Assembly (NCBI GenBank): GCA_951406725.2
Contig: OX597819.1
Location: forward strand, 60,512,001-60,576,000
From: Octopus vulgaris
Taxonomy: Eukaryota
Direction of reading: 5' to 3'
DNA: 64,000 nucleotides
Positions 12,078 through 24,400 of this stretch are shown here, in pieces (the stretch's first letter is position 1; each line of letters opens with the position of its first letter). A program made the position numbers and the translations under genes. Under the pieces are notes generated by a model. That model saw nothing but the letters and a program-made list of their open reading frames with translations, was not told where the DNA came from and searched no databases.

Positions 12078-15000
12078 AACTTTCTCACCTATATATATAT
12101 ATATATATATATATACATGATACACACGCTCTCAGATTGGACAAATGTATAATAGAACATGGTTTTATGTAAGAAGTGAACTTGGGATTTTAAAAAGAAT
12201 TAGGCTGGGACATAATTATATAAATTGAACTGTGGTAGTTTTCCCACTCTCTGCCCTTCCCGTAATCTGTAAATAAAAAAAAAAAAAAGTCAGTTGTGTT
12301 TATATATTGAGTATGTATACTGTCCGATAGTATAACATGGTCGATCCGTCCTTAGTTTCAGCGACCTAAGAAGTAAAAACTGAATCAAAATGATCTCGTA
12401 TTGGATTTGGTTTCTACATTAACAAGTCTAGCAATGATCAGCGATTATTGTTAGTTAACATAACTAAAACTGCCTGTTTTTTTTTTTTTATATCCAAACA
12501 CGTAAATACTACTAAGGTAGAATAATAGGCTAACATCTAGGTGCATCTTTAGAAGATGGTTTCTGCACATACTGCAAAAGATCAACTGATAGAAGTACTG
12601 ATCAGAGCAGTATTTTGAGGAATTCCATAGAGTTTGGTTTTGTTCTGTGTCCAGACGACTTCGTATAATTCTGTCATGGATTTAAGAAGAAAGCTCGTCA
12701 ATATTTGCATGTTTATGTATTTAAAATATTTTGGCTTGTTACTTCCAGCATTATGATTTAAATTATAATAAACTTACTCTTTTACATATAATTTATTAAC
12801 TAAATGATGTGGTTTATCTTGTAGTCTGCCATCAAGACGAAGCTTGTGGAACTGGGTGCCTATGAAGGTAAGCAATCATACATTTGGTAAATATATAGGA
12901 AAAGTATATAAACAAATGAAGGAGACGTTTTATATTATTATTTGGTTTCATCTGGAGTATGGAGCTCTCAGAGATTGGTGAAAGACATGGAGTCATGGTG
13001 TTGACTTTTCTCTTGAAGGGTTGTAAGTTAATGACTAAGAATTCGTAAAAGGTAGGAATTTCAGAGGATTGACCTTCTGAAGAGAAACGATTGGGTGGGA
13101 TATGGGAAAGAGATAGAACATGGGTAACAAGAGGAAGAGATCAATTGAATGGGGAGTGCCTAAGTAAAGGTGGCAGCCAGCTCTGAGGAACAGAGGCCAT
13201 TGTTGTAGGAGATAGCAACGTTTGTGGCTTGGAGGTCAGAGTATATTTCAGTCAAATGGCCTTTAGACGTAGTAAAAGATATCTGTGTTTGTAGCAGCAA
13301 CATCGTTCCAAATGTAGGAACAGTGCTCCATTGTGGGTGACAGCTAAGCTTCGTGAAGAGTCTCAGAAAAGGGTCAGTAGTTATTAAGGTTTAAAGTCTT
13401 GAAGAGGATGGTCAGATGTGATCATTGCTCTGTTGTGAATGTGCATTCACTAAGAGAGATCCTCAATTGGTGTGTTCTAACATTTGAAGCAATTGTGAAG
13501 GAGATAAAAAAGACATAATACCATTGGAGGATGTTTCCAACATTTCTATTCATGAAGTTAGTACAAATGTGGTGTGAGATGTTTAGGTTGCTTGTGTATG
13601 TTTGGATGTGGAAAGTTATGAAGGAGAGAAGGAAGGGTGGTATCAGAGGAGTGAGTGAGAAAGTTGTTCATGTATTGTATGGAGGGGAACAACAAAATTG
13701 TTTGAAAAATCTTGTTTCCAAAGACTGGGACATTGTAAAGAGAGTGATGGGTGAGTTTGGTAAGAATAGGGGCTAACTTAGATGCATTGTTTGAAGATAA
13801 TGAAAAAGATATTATCAGGGCCAGTGGCTTTGTTGGTTGAAAGCAAGCAGAGGATGTTATGTGTTTAACGTAGAAATAATTCTGGAGAAGATTTACTGAG
13901 TGTATGCTGTGTGGAGTTGGAATTGGCTGCAAGGTAGACAATGAATATGAAAGTTTACTCTCCAGGAGAATCACCAACAGACCCTTCATGGTTGAGAAAT
14001 GGAGGAAAGTAAGGATTCTGCAAACTTGGTAGGGAGTCTTTTGGTAAAGGATATTAATATTTGACTGCAATTTGGAAGGGAGAGAGTTTGAAGGCTGTGC
14101 TAAACACAGAGGTATCCTTGCAGTTTGGTTAATGGTGTTACTGGACTTATACTGTCAGGTGCAGTTTGTAGGGGTGAGTAATTTTGTCCAAGTGTTATAT
14201 AGCCTGTAATTTTCTTGTCTGAATTGCTGTTGTGCAGTTATGCATGAACCACTTCAGCTGTGAATTTTGGTTGCAAGGTAAAGTGGAGATACATACTTTA
14301 GAAGCTGGTTTCAGCCAGTTACCTTATTGCTTCTGAGATTAGGAATGAAGTGCATTTGCTCCTAGAGACATTAAGTATAGAATCAGCGGAACTCCCACTG
14401 GTGAGCTGTTCTGAAGTGCTTTAGTGTCCAAGAGAAGTGGGAACATTGTGTTAGCATGTGGATGTATGATTGGTATTTGCAACAGAGCAACAGTGAGATG
14501 ATCTGATAGATGTAGAGATGGTGATGAACTGTTGGAGATTGGGTTTGGAGGTGAGAAAGATATCAAGAGCATTTGGAGTATCAGTGTGTCCATCAGGGAT
14601 ACATGTAGGAGATGGCATTAAATGTCACAGATTGCACAAAAAAAAATCATTGTACCTGCATCAGTATTTGAGGAGTGTGAGAGCCGAGAAGAGTTAAGAG
14701 CATTGAGAGTAATGACTGTGGAGAAGGATGAAAGCTAAGGGATGTCCTCTGTGTAGGGAGAAATATGCTGCAAGAGTTGATGGTAGGCGGCAAGCTGGCA
14801 GAAACGTTAGCACACCTGGCGAAATGTGTAGCCGTATTTTATCTGCCATTACGTTCTGAGTTCAAATTCTGCCAAGGTCGACTTTGCCTTTCATCCTTTC
14901 GGGGTCAACGTAATCGACTTAATCCGTTTGTCTGTCCTTGTTTGTCCCCTCTGTGTTTAGCCCCTTGTGGGTAGTAAAGAAATAGGTAGTTGTAGAAGTC

Positions 15001-15714
15001 AGCAAGTGATTAGAGGAAGCAGAGTGTACTTAAATGTGTGGGACAGAGAGATGCGTGCCAGGGTAACTAGAAGCTTCTGTTACTGATAGCAGCCATGTGA
15101 AAGTTGTGGATATCAGGGTGAATGAAATCTCCAGTTTCCAACTTTTGGAGTAAAGTTTAAATAGAGATTTGAGTAATCTGGACCATAGATAAGGACTGGG
15201 ATTTACATTATTTACACCATCATCATCATCGTTTAACGTCCGTTTTCCATGCTAGCATAGGTTGGATGGTTCGACTGGGGTCTGGGAAGCCAGGAGGCTG
15301 TGCTAGGCTCCAGTCTGATCTGGCAGTGTTTCTACAGCTGGATGCCCTTCCTAATGCCAACCACTCCGTGAGTGTAGTGGGTGCTTTTTACGTGCCACCG
15401 GCACAGGGGCCAGAGGAGGCTAGCAAACGGCTATGATTGGTTGGTGCCTTTTACATGTCACCGACACGGACGCCAGTCAGGTGGCGCTGGCATCAGCCAT
15501 GTTCGGATGGTGCTTTTTACGTGCCACTGGCACAGGTATCTTAACAGATATTTGTTTTTCAATGTTATTATTATTGTTATTCAGGGCATTGCCTGGAATC
15601 AAACTCGGATTCTTGGGGTTAGTAGCTCATGCTCTTAACCACTATGCCATATGCATAGTGGCTAAGAGCATGGGCTACTAACTCCAAGATTCTGAGTTCA
15701 ATTCCAAGCAGTGA

Positions 15715-15764
<50 letters not shown>

Positions 15765-18396
15765 GTAATAACATTGAAAAATACCTTAAGAATGAGAACC
15801 CAGGTTCGAAATTTCCCCATGACACTTGATGAAGGCTGGAGGGTATATCAGCTGAAACATTGTGTTAACAACAAACAAGATGACGACAAATATCCGTCAG
15901 ATGTAAATAATGTGCATAATTCCCCATCTCTTAAATATAGAAATGAAGGACTGGGATATTTATTACTAACACACACCCCCCACATCTTATAGTGTGTTGT
16001 CTCTGAGTTAGTAAGAGGTAATTTGTAGGGGTCTAGAACGATGTTGCTGCTGCACACACACACACATTTTTTACTACATCCAAGTTGATAGAGAAGAGGG
16101 TGTAGTTTTAGTTTTTGACATCTAGGAGAAGTATTGAGGGTGTTGTGTTGCAAGGTCATGATAACCTCTTGCTGGGAGCCTGGTTTTATTTTGTACAGAT
16201 TATTTGTTAATCTGATGAAGGATTTTGCTCTTTACTTGTTTTAGTCTTTAGACTGCAACCTTTCTAGGACACTACCTTGAGGGGTTTGGTTAAACTGCTA
16301 AGTTATGGGGATGTATATTGTTGGCACTCCGTCGGTTACGACGACGAGTGTTCCAGTCGATCCGATCAATGGAACAGCCTGCTTGTGAAATTAATGTGCA
16401 AGTGGCCGAGCACTCCACAGACACGAGTACTCTTAACATAGTTCTCGGGGAGATTCAGTGTGACACAGTGTGACAAGGCTGGCCCTTTGAAATACAGGTA
16501 CAGGAACGTAGAGAGTGGAGATAAATAGAGAGAGGGGTACTAGAAGGCTGTGTTGTGGGGAAGGGATTCAACAGGGACACAGTGTACAGGTTAGGTTCAT
16601 AAGGGAGTAATTTTTTTAAAAATAGACATTGAATTTTGTAACTAAGGAAAATATTTGAAAACCTACTAATTGTTTTAATCCTAGTGAAGTAAACCTCTAC
16701 CAATTGATTTTTCTAGCTGTTCAAAATATATTAATATAAATGATGATTAAATGATGTTGAGACATATAATCAGTTAATTCCATTTACAAATTGTATATTC
16801 TAATTAAGATGTTTATGTTATAGATGAAGAACTACCTGACTACATCATGGTGATGGTTGCTAATAAGAAGACCCGGGAACAAATGAATGAGGATCTTCAT
16901 TTATTCCTTGGCAATAGCACTGAAAAATTTACTGCTTGGTGAGTAATTAATTTAATTTGATTTGCAAGTTCTATATTTTGTATTGTTGTAGTGACTTTTC
17001 TAAATCCATTATCCATCACCATTTAATGTCCACTTTTGAATGCGTTCATAGATCAGACAGTTTCTTTATGCAGATTTTCTATAGCTAGTTACTTTTCCTG
17101 TTGTCAGCCCTAACTTATTTCCAAACTGTAGTTTGGAAACTTATTTCCTGTAGTTTCCAAGGAAGGTTGGACACAACAGTTTCAATAATAATAATGATCG
17201 TCATCATCATTATAATGTCCACTTTTCCATGCTTGCATGGGTCAGCTAGAATCTATTGAGGTAGGTGTTTTACAGCCGTATGCCCTTCCTGTTGCCAACT
17301 CTCATTTGTTTCCAAGTCAGACAATATTTCTTCATGGCCAGAAATGTTTTCACAGTATATTGGAAATGACTTGGTTGACAGTGACATTCACTTACATCTC
17401 TCACACTATGTCGAGACTAGGAGACGCACAAACATACTCATGCTCACACTCACACACACACACACACACACACACGCATGTGTATATATATATTTCTTTA
17501 CTGCCCACAGGGGGCTAAACATAGAGGGAACAAAAAAGGACAGACAAAGGGATTAAGTCGATTACATCGACCCCAGTGTGAAACTGGTACTTTATTTATC
17601 GACCCCAAAAGGATGAAAGACAAAGTCGACCTCGGCAGAATTTGAACTCAGAACATAACGGCAGACAAAATACCAGTAAGCATTTCGCCTGGCGTGCTAA
17701 CGTTTCTGCCAGCTCACCGCCTTCGTATATATAATGGGCTACTTTTCAGTTTCCACTTACCAATTCCACTCACAAGGCTTTGGTTGGGCTGAGACTATGG
17801 TTGAAGACTCTTTCCTAAGATGCCATGCAATGGGACTGAACTCAGAATCATGCAGTTGAGAAGCAAACTTCTTAACCACACAGTCTCTGCCTATGATGAA
17901 TATTCATTTATCCCTATGGCAAATTTAGAGCTCCATTTAGATTACCAACATCCACTCTTTTTCCTGTAAAGTGGTATAGTTACTACATGTGGAGGCACAT
18001 GGCTTAGTGGTTAGAGCAGCGAACTCGCGGTTGAGTGATCGTGGGTTCGAATCTCAGACCGGGCGATGTGTGTGTTTATGAGTGAAACACCTAAGCTCCA
18101 TGCGGCTCCAGCAGAAGGTGATGGCGAACTTCTGCTGACTCTTTCGCCACAACTTTCTCTCACTCTTTCCTCCTGAATCTTGCAGATCGCCTGTAACGGA
18201 CTGGCGTCCTGTCCAGGTGGGGAACCTATACACCAAGGAAACTGGGAAACCGGCCCTTATGAGCCAGGCATGGCTCAAGAAGGAACAAACAACACAACCT
18301 CTACCTAAGATGAATATTCATTTATCCCTGTGGCAAATTTAGAGCTCCAGTTAGATTAGCAACATCCACTCTTCTTCCTGTAAAGTGGTATAATTA

Positions 18397-18451
<55 letters not shown>

Positions 18452-21400
18452 AGACCTCCAGACAGTTTCTCTCAGCAAACTTACTCACAAAGTATGATGT
18501 TATACTGGATATTACAGGGAGAATTGTTTTTTCAAAGTTACACCTAAAGGCCCATGATGTACTGACATACATTTCACAGGTTCACCATCACTGTTCTATA
18601 ATAATTACAAAATATTTTGCTAAGGAAGTCTTTTGTATTGACATTGTAAGAATATCATATTAAGTGACAAATTTAGTTTCAAGCTTTTCTCTGTTATATC
18701 TCTATTTATTCAATTCCTTTCACAGGTTGCTATCTATTCTGAATAAATTGAAAGCTATTACTATAGGTAAGAATGTATTTTACAGTTGCTTTATATCCAT
18801 TGCATTTTGTTTCCATGTGTGGCTGTGGTAGGAAGTTTGCTTCCCAGTGCCAGGGTTCCAAGTTCAGTCCCACTACTTGGCACCTTGGGCAAATGTCTTC
18901 TATATTGCCTTGGGCTGACCAAAAAGCCTTGTGAGTGGATTTGGAAGATGGAAACTGAAAGAAGCCCATCATGTGTGTGTGTGTGTGTGTGTGTCTTTGT
19001 GCCTGTGTTTGTCCCCCACCACTGCTTGACAACTGGTGTTGGTGTGTTTACATCACTGTAAACCCAACAGAATAAGTACCAGGCTTACAGAAAATAAGTA
19101 CCGGGGTTGATTCTTTCGACTAAAATTCTTCAGGGCAGTGCCCTAGCATGGCCTCAGTCTAGTAACTAAACCAAGTAAAAGAAATTAAAAGTATCAACAC
19201 ATTGCAGAGACACTAATCACCAATGAAGAGGCCGCTTTTCACTGTTTTTAACCATGTTTTCTGTGTTGGTTATAAGATATCAACCTTCTGTCCATATGCT
19301 TATGGATTGAATAACTCATGTCAACTTGGAAAATCAGATATTGAAGTTGTACTGTGACCATGATAATCATTGACGCCCTCATTATCCGAAAGAACTCTTA
19401 AAGGGTTAGATAGAAAGGTGCATGGAATCTTTTCTACTCTAGGCACAAGGCCCAAAATTTTGGGGGTGGGGGGGCCAGTTGATTAGATTGACCCCAGTAC
19501 ACAACTGGTACTTAATTTATTGTCCCCGAAAGGATGAAAGGCAAAGTTGACCTTGACATAATTTGAACTCAGAAGGTAAAGACAGTTGAAATGCCGTTAA
19601 GCATTTTGCCCAGCATGCTAACATTTCTTATTTCTTTATTGCCCACAGGGGGCTAAACATAGAGGGGACAAACAAGGACAGACAAAAGGATTAAGTTGAT
19701 TACATCGACCCCAGTGCGTAACTGGTACTTAATTTATCGACCATGAAAGGATGAAAGGCAAAGTTGACCTCAGCAGAATTTGAACTCAGAACGTAACGGC
19801 AGACGAAATACCGCTAAGCATTTCGCCTGGAGTGCTAACGTTTCTTCCAGCCCGCCACCTTAATGCTAACACTTCTACCAGGTCGCCGGCTTAGAAAGGT
19901 GCATGAAATATGAAATGTAGAATGTAAAAATAAGTCATACATCCTGAATATCCAAGTGCTGTGAGTTAAATGTAAGAGGCAACTGGCAGGAGAGGTACAC
20001 CAGAAATTACTTGAAATGAATTGTGTATATCATACTTCAAAAAGTTTAATCTCCTCGAAAAGAGCATGCAGAATGAAAACATACAAAGATGTTGTGTTAC
20101 AAACTCATTCAACTTGGAGAATTTAGAGAATGAAGCTGCAGTTGTTGGGATGGTCACCGATCATGTTGTCATCATCATCATCATCAGCAGTAGCAGGAAC
20201 ATCGTTTAATATTCACTATTCCGTGTTTGCATAGGTCAGGCAGAATTTGTTGAGGTGGATTTTCTATGGTTAGATGCCCTTCCTGTCACCAACCGTTACC
20301 TGTTTCTAAGCATGGTAATATTTCCCCCATAACTAAGCATGTTTTTTACAGATGGCTGGAAAGGAACAACACCATTTGTATGACACTCATTTACAATCAT
20401 CACATGATATCTAAACAAAGGTATGCACAAACACACACTCATAATATATACTCTTTTTCTCTTTACTCTTTTACTTGTTTCAGTCATTTGACTGCTGCCA
20501 TGCTGGAGCACCGCCTTTAGTCGAGCAAATCGACCCTGGGACTTATTCTTTGTAAGCCCAGTACTTATTCTATCGGTCTCTTTTGTCGAACCGCTAAGTG
20601 ACGGGGACGTAAACTCACCAGCATCAGTTGTCAAGCAATGCTAGGGGGACAAACACAGACACACAAACAAACACACACACACATACATATATATATATAC
20701 ATATATACGACAGGCTTCTTTCAGTTTCCGTCTACCAAATCTACTCACAAGGCATTGGTAGGCCCGGGGCTATAGCAGAAGACACTTGCCCAAGGTGCCA
20801 CGCAGTAGGACTGAACCCGGAACCATGTGGTTGGTTAGCAAGCTACTTACCACACAGCCACTCCTGCGCCTATATATATATATTTATATAAATAAGGATA
20901 AGATCGTTAATTTAAGTATTGATCTTATCAAGTGGCCAGCATGGGAATAAAAAAACCTTCAAAGGTAATAATTATTATTAAAATTATAATTTAGGGTATC
21001 TAAGAGATACCACCATGCTGGAAATAGCAGCCAAATCTTGACTCGAAAACCACAATTAAATGTTCAAGGAGATACACACACACACACACACATATATATC
21101 TAGCTTCTTTCAGTTTCCTTCTACTATATCCACCCACAAAACTTTGGTCAGCCCAGGACTATAGTAGACATTTACCCAAGGTGCTGCACAGTGGGACTGA
21201 ACCTGAGGCCACATGGTTGGGAAGCAAACTTCTTAACCACACAACCACGTCTCCACCTATTGGTTGTTGGTTAATTTAAAGAATTTGATGAATATATGTA
21301 TGGAATATCAATCATTAAAATATATTGTCATTTGTCTGTTTTAATAACATAATGTATTTTCATTTTTAGGAAACCCACCGAGTGTAGCTGCCGTAATTCC

Positions 21401-24400
21401 ACAGGAAGTAAACACTACAAAGAATCTTAGAAGCAACAGTAATGGCACTGATAACAAAGAACATGAGCTGATTCCAGAATTGTTACTGCAGACGGAAACA
21501 GGTAAAAAGAAATTTTATTAGAAACAACACAAGCACTTTGTAATTTAATAGCTTTTAATGTGATACCTGTTAAACAGAAATCATTTTTATTTAATGAAAA
21601 TTTAATAAAATCTAATCATAAGTAAGTTAACTTATGCTAAATACAACTAAATTGAAAACCTTTTTCCCCTGGCCATATTGGCAATTCTGAAAACTTTTGG
21701 GTGTGAATTTTACATGAGTAGAAGCATTTTTTTAACAAATTTTATCCTGAAAGTCACCTGTGTAAATTACACAGGTGCACAAATTACATGGGTTTTTATA
21801 GTATATCTTATATTGAATAGCAATGAAATGGCTGAGAAGATTACCAATTCCTGGGCTGAAAGTTTAAATCAACATTTTGCCATATCTTTCGTACTTTTTG
21901 CCTTTTGCTTTGTTACAGGAATTGAACTGTGACCATTCTGGAGCACCATCTTGAAGGGTTTAGTCAAACAAATCGACCTCATGACTTTATTTTTTTAAAA
22001 GTTCTATGGGGTCTCTTTTGCTTAACTGCTATGTTATGGGGATGTAAACAAACTAACACTGTAAACAAATTAACACTGACAAAGACACACACACACACAC
22101 ATGATGGGCTTCCATACTCACAAGACTCTACAATAGTGAAGGCATGTGGCTTAGTGGTTAGGGTGTTGAACTCATGATCGTAAGGTTGTGGTTTCGATTC
22201 CTGGACCGGGCGATGCATTGTGTTCTTGAGCAAAACACTTCATTTCACGTTGCTCCAGTCCACTCAGCTGGCAAAAATTAGTAATCCTGCGACGGACCGG
22301 CATCCCGTCCAGGTGGGGGATTTCTACGTCACTGAAACCGGGAAACCGGCCCTTATAAGCCTGGCATGGCTCGAGAAGACACCTGCCTGTCTACAATAGA
22401 AGACACCTACCTGATAAAATGATGTAGGAGGAGTTAGCTTACAACTCCACAAACACACCCACTGACAGAATTTCCCACATATGTAGTAGATATATGGCAG
22501 GCTTCTTTCTGTTTCTGTCTGCCAAACCCACCCACAAAGCATTGGTATGGTTTTGGGTTACAGTAGAAGCCATTTACTCAACTCGGAACCTTGTGATTGA
22601 GAAGCACACATCTTGGCCATACAGCCACTCCTACACACCTGTTTATAAACACTAGATATTTTTCTTAACTAACTTGGATTACATTCCCTTTTTTTTTTTT
22701 TCAGATGAATTTAATGAAGAACAAGAAGAAATCAACACACTAAACGCTACAGAGAAATCGGACATCACTAAAACCTTAACAACAACATGTGACAAAATTA
22801 ATAAAGTAAATTCAGACTTAAAAACTGCACCTTCCATTTCTACCACAAGCACAAAAATGACCTCCCGTGTGCAGCCATCCATGTTTTACTTGAACTCTGC
22901 ATCTAATAATATTACTTCACAGACTCAATCTTCCATTTCTAATGAAAATACAATTTCCTCTCAGTCTGCAGCTTATGTTTTCCCCAAAAGTAAGCCAATA
23001 ACATCTCGTTTGCAAATGGACCTCATTTCAAACTCTCATAAGGGTCAAATACCAAAAGTCATCACTCATCCTATCATATCTAAAGAACAACAACAACTAC
23101 AGCTTGCCAGGGTAAGTTGTTTGTGTATTTATTAACCCTTTGAATGAGGAAAGCGGATATGACTGTTCAAAATTTTATTTTTGTTAACTACTTTGAGAAA
23201 ACCACTGAACCAAGTTCAACAAAAAAATGTCAATAGAATAAGTACCAAATTTTGAAAAATAAGTGCTAGAGTTAATTTGTTATGCCTTAACATAGCCACA
23301 GTTCAATGATTGAATACAAGAATAAAATGACCAAAGAAAATTTCATCTGTTGGATTAATATGTATTGCTTTGCTTCTGTTTCTATTTCATTTGTATATAA
23401 TATACTAATCTGTGTTTTTCAGCAAAACAGAAAGCGGCGGGTTCCTGGTTCAGTAATTGGCTCTATAATCCACCATTCTAGTGAAGAAGAAGAAGAATAT
23501 GATCCATACAATCCTTCTTACGGCAGCGTTGCTAGCGTCATTCGAGTCACAGAAAGAAAGTAAGTTTATACAACCAACTTCATATAACTCTCTCTCTCGC
23601 TCATTCATTCATTCATCATCATCATCGTTTTTATGTCTGCTTTCCATGCTTGTTTGACTGAGACAGTTTGACTGAGATAGTTTGACTGAGGACTGGTGAG
23701 CCAGAGGCTTCACTAGGCTCAATCTGATCTGGCAAAGTTTCTACAGTTGGATGCCCTTCCTAACTCCAACCACTCCGAGAGTGTAGTGGATGCTTTTACG
23801 TGCCACCGGTACGAGGGCCAGTCAGGTGGTTCTGGCAATGACCATGCTCAACAGGTGTTTTTATGTGCTACCTGCATGGGAGCCAGTCCACCGGCACTGG
23901 CAATGACCACGCTCAAATGTTGTTTTTGCCACCCGCACATGTGCTGGTAAAGCGATGCTGGCAAAGATCATGCTCGAATGGTGCTTTTCACGTGTCACCG
24001 GAATGGAAGCCAATCCATGGCCCTGGTAACGATCACGCTCGGATGTACTGCTAACGTTCCACTGGCTCAAGTGCCAGTCAGGTGGTACTGTCATCGGCCA
24101 TGTCAGCGAGTTTGATTTGTATACACTTGCCTCAGTAGGTCTTCACAAGCAAAGTTCATTGTCCAATGAATGAGGGATACTCATAAGAGGGCCAGTTACA
24201 CCTCACGTTTGGATGTGCTTTTAACATTCCACTGGTATGAGTGCCAATCAGGTAGGACTGTCATCAGCCACGTCAAATTTTGATTTTGATTTCATTTGCT
24301 TCAATGTCTTCACAAGCAAGGTTTATTGTCCAATGAATGAGGGGTATTCATAAATGGGCTGGTTACACCCACTGGCATAGGCCATGAGCTATGGTCTCAC

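Noticed and set aside
12275-12288. Genomic A-tract in intron 1 as a Nab2-style autoregulatory element
   Set aside because: A-tracts of this length are common throughout the window; no specific support.
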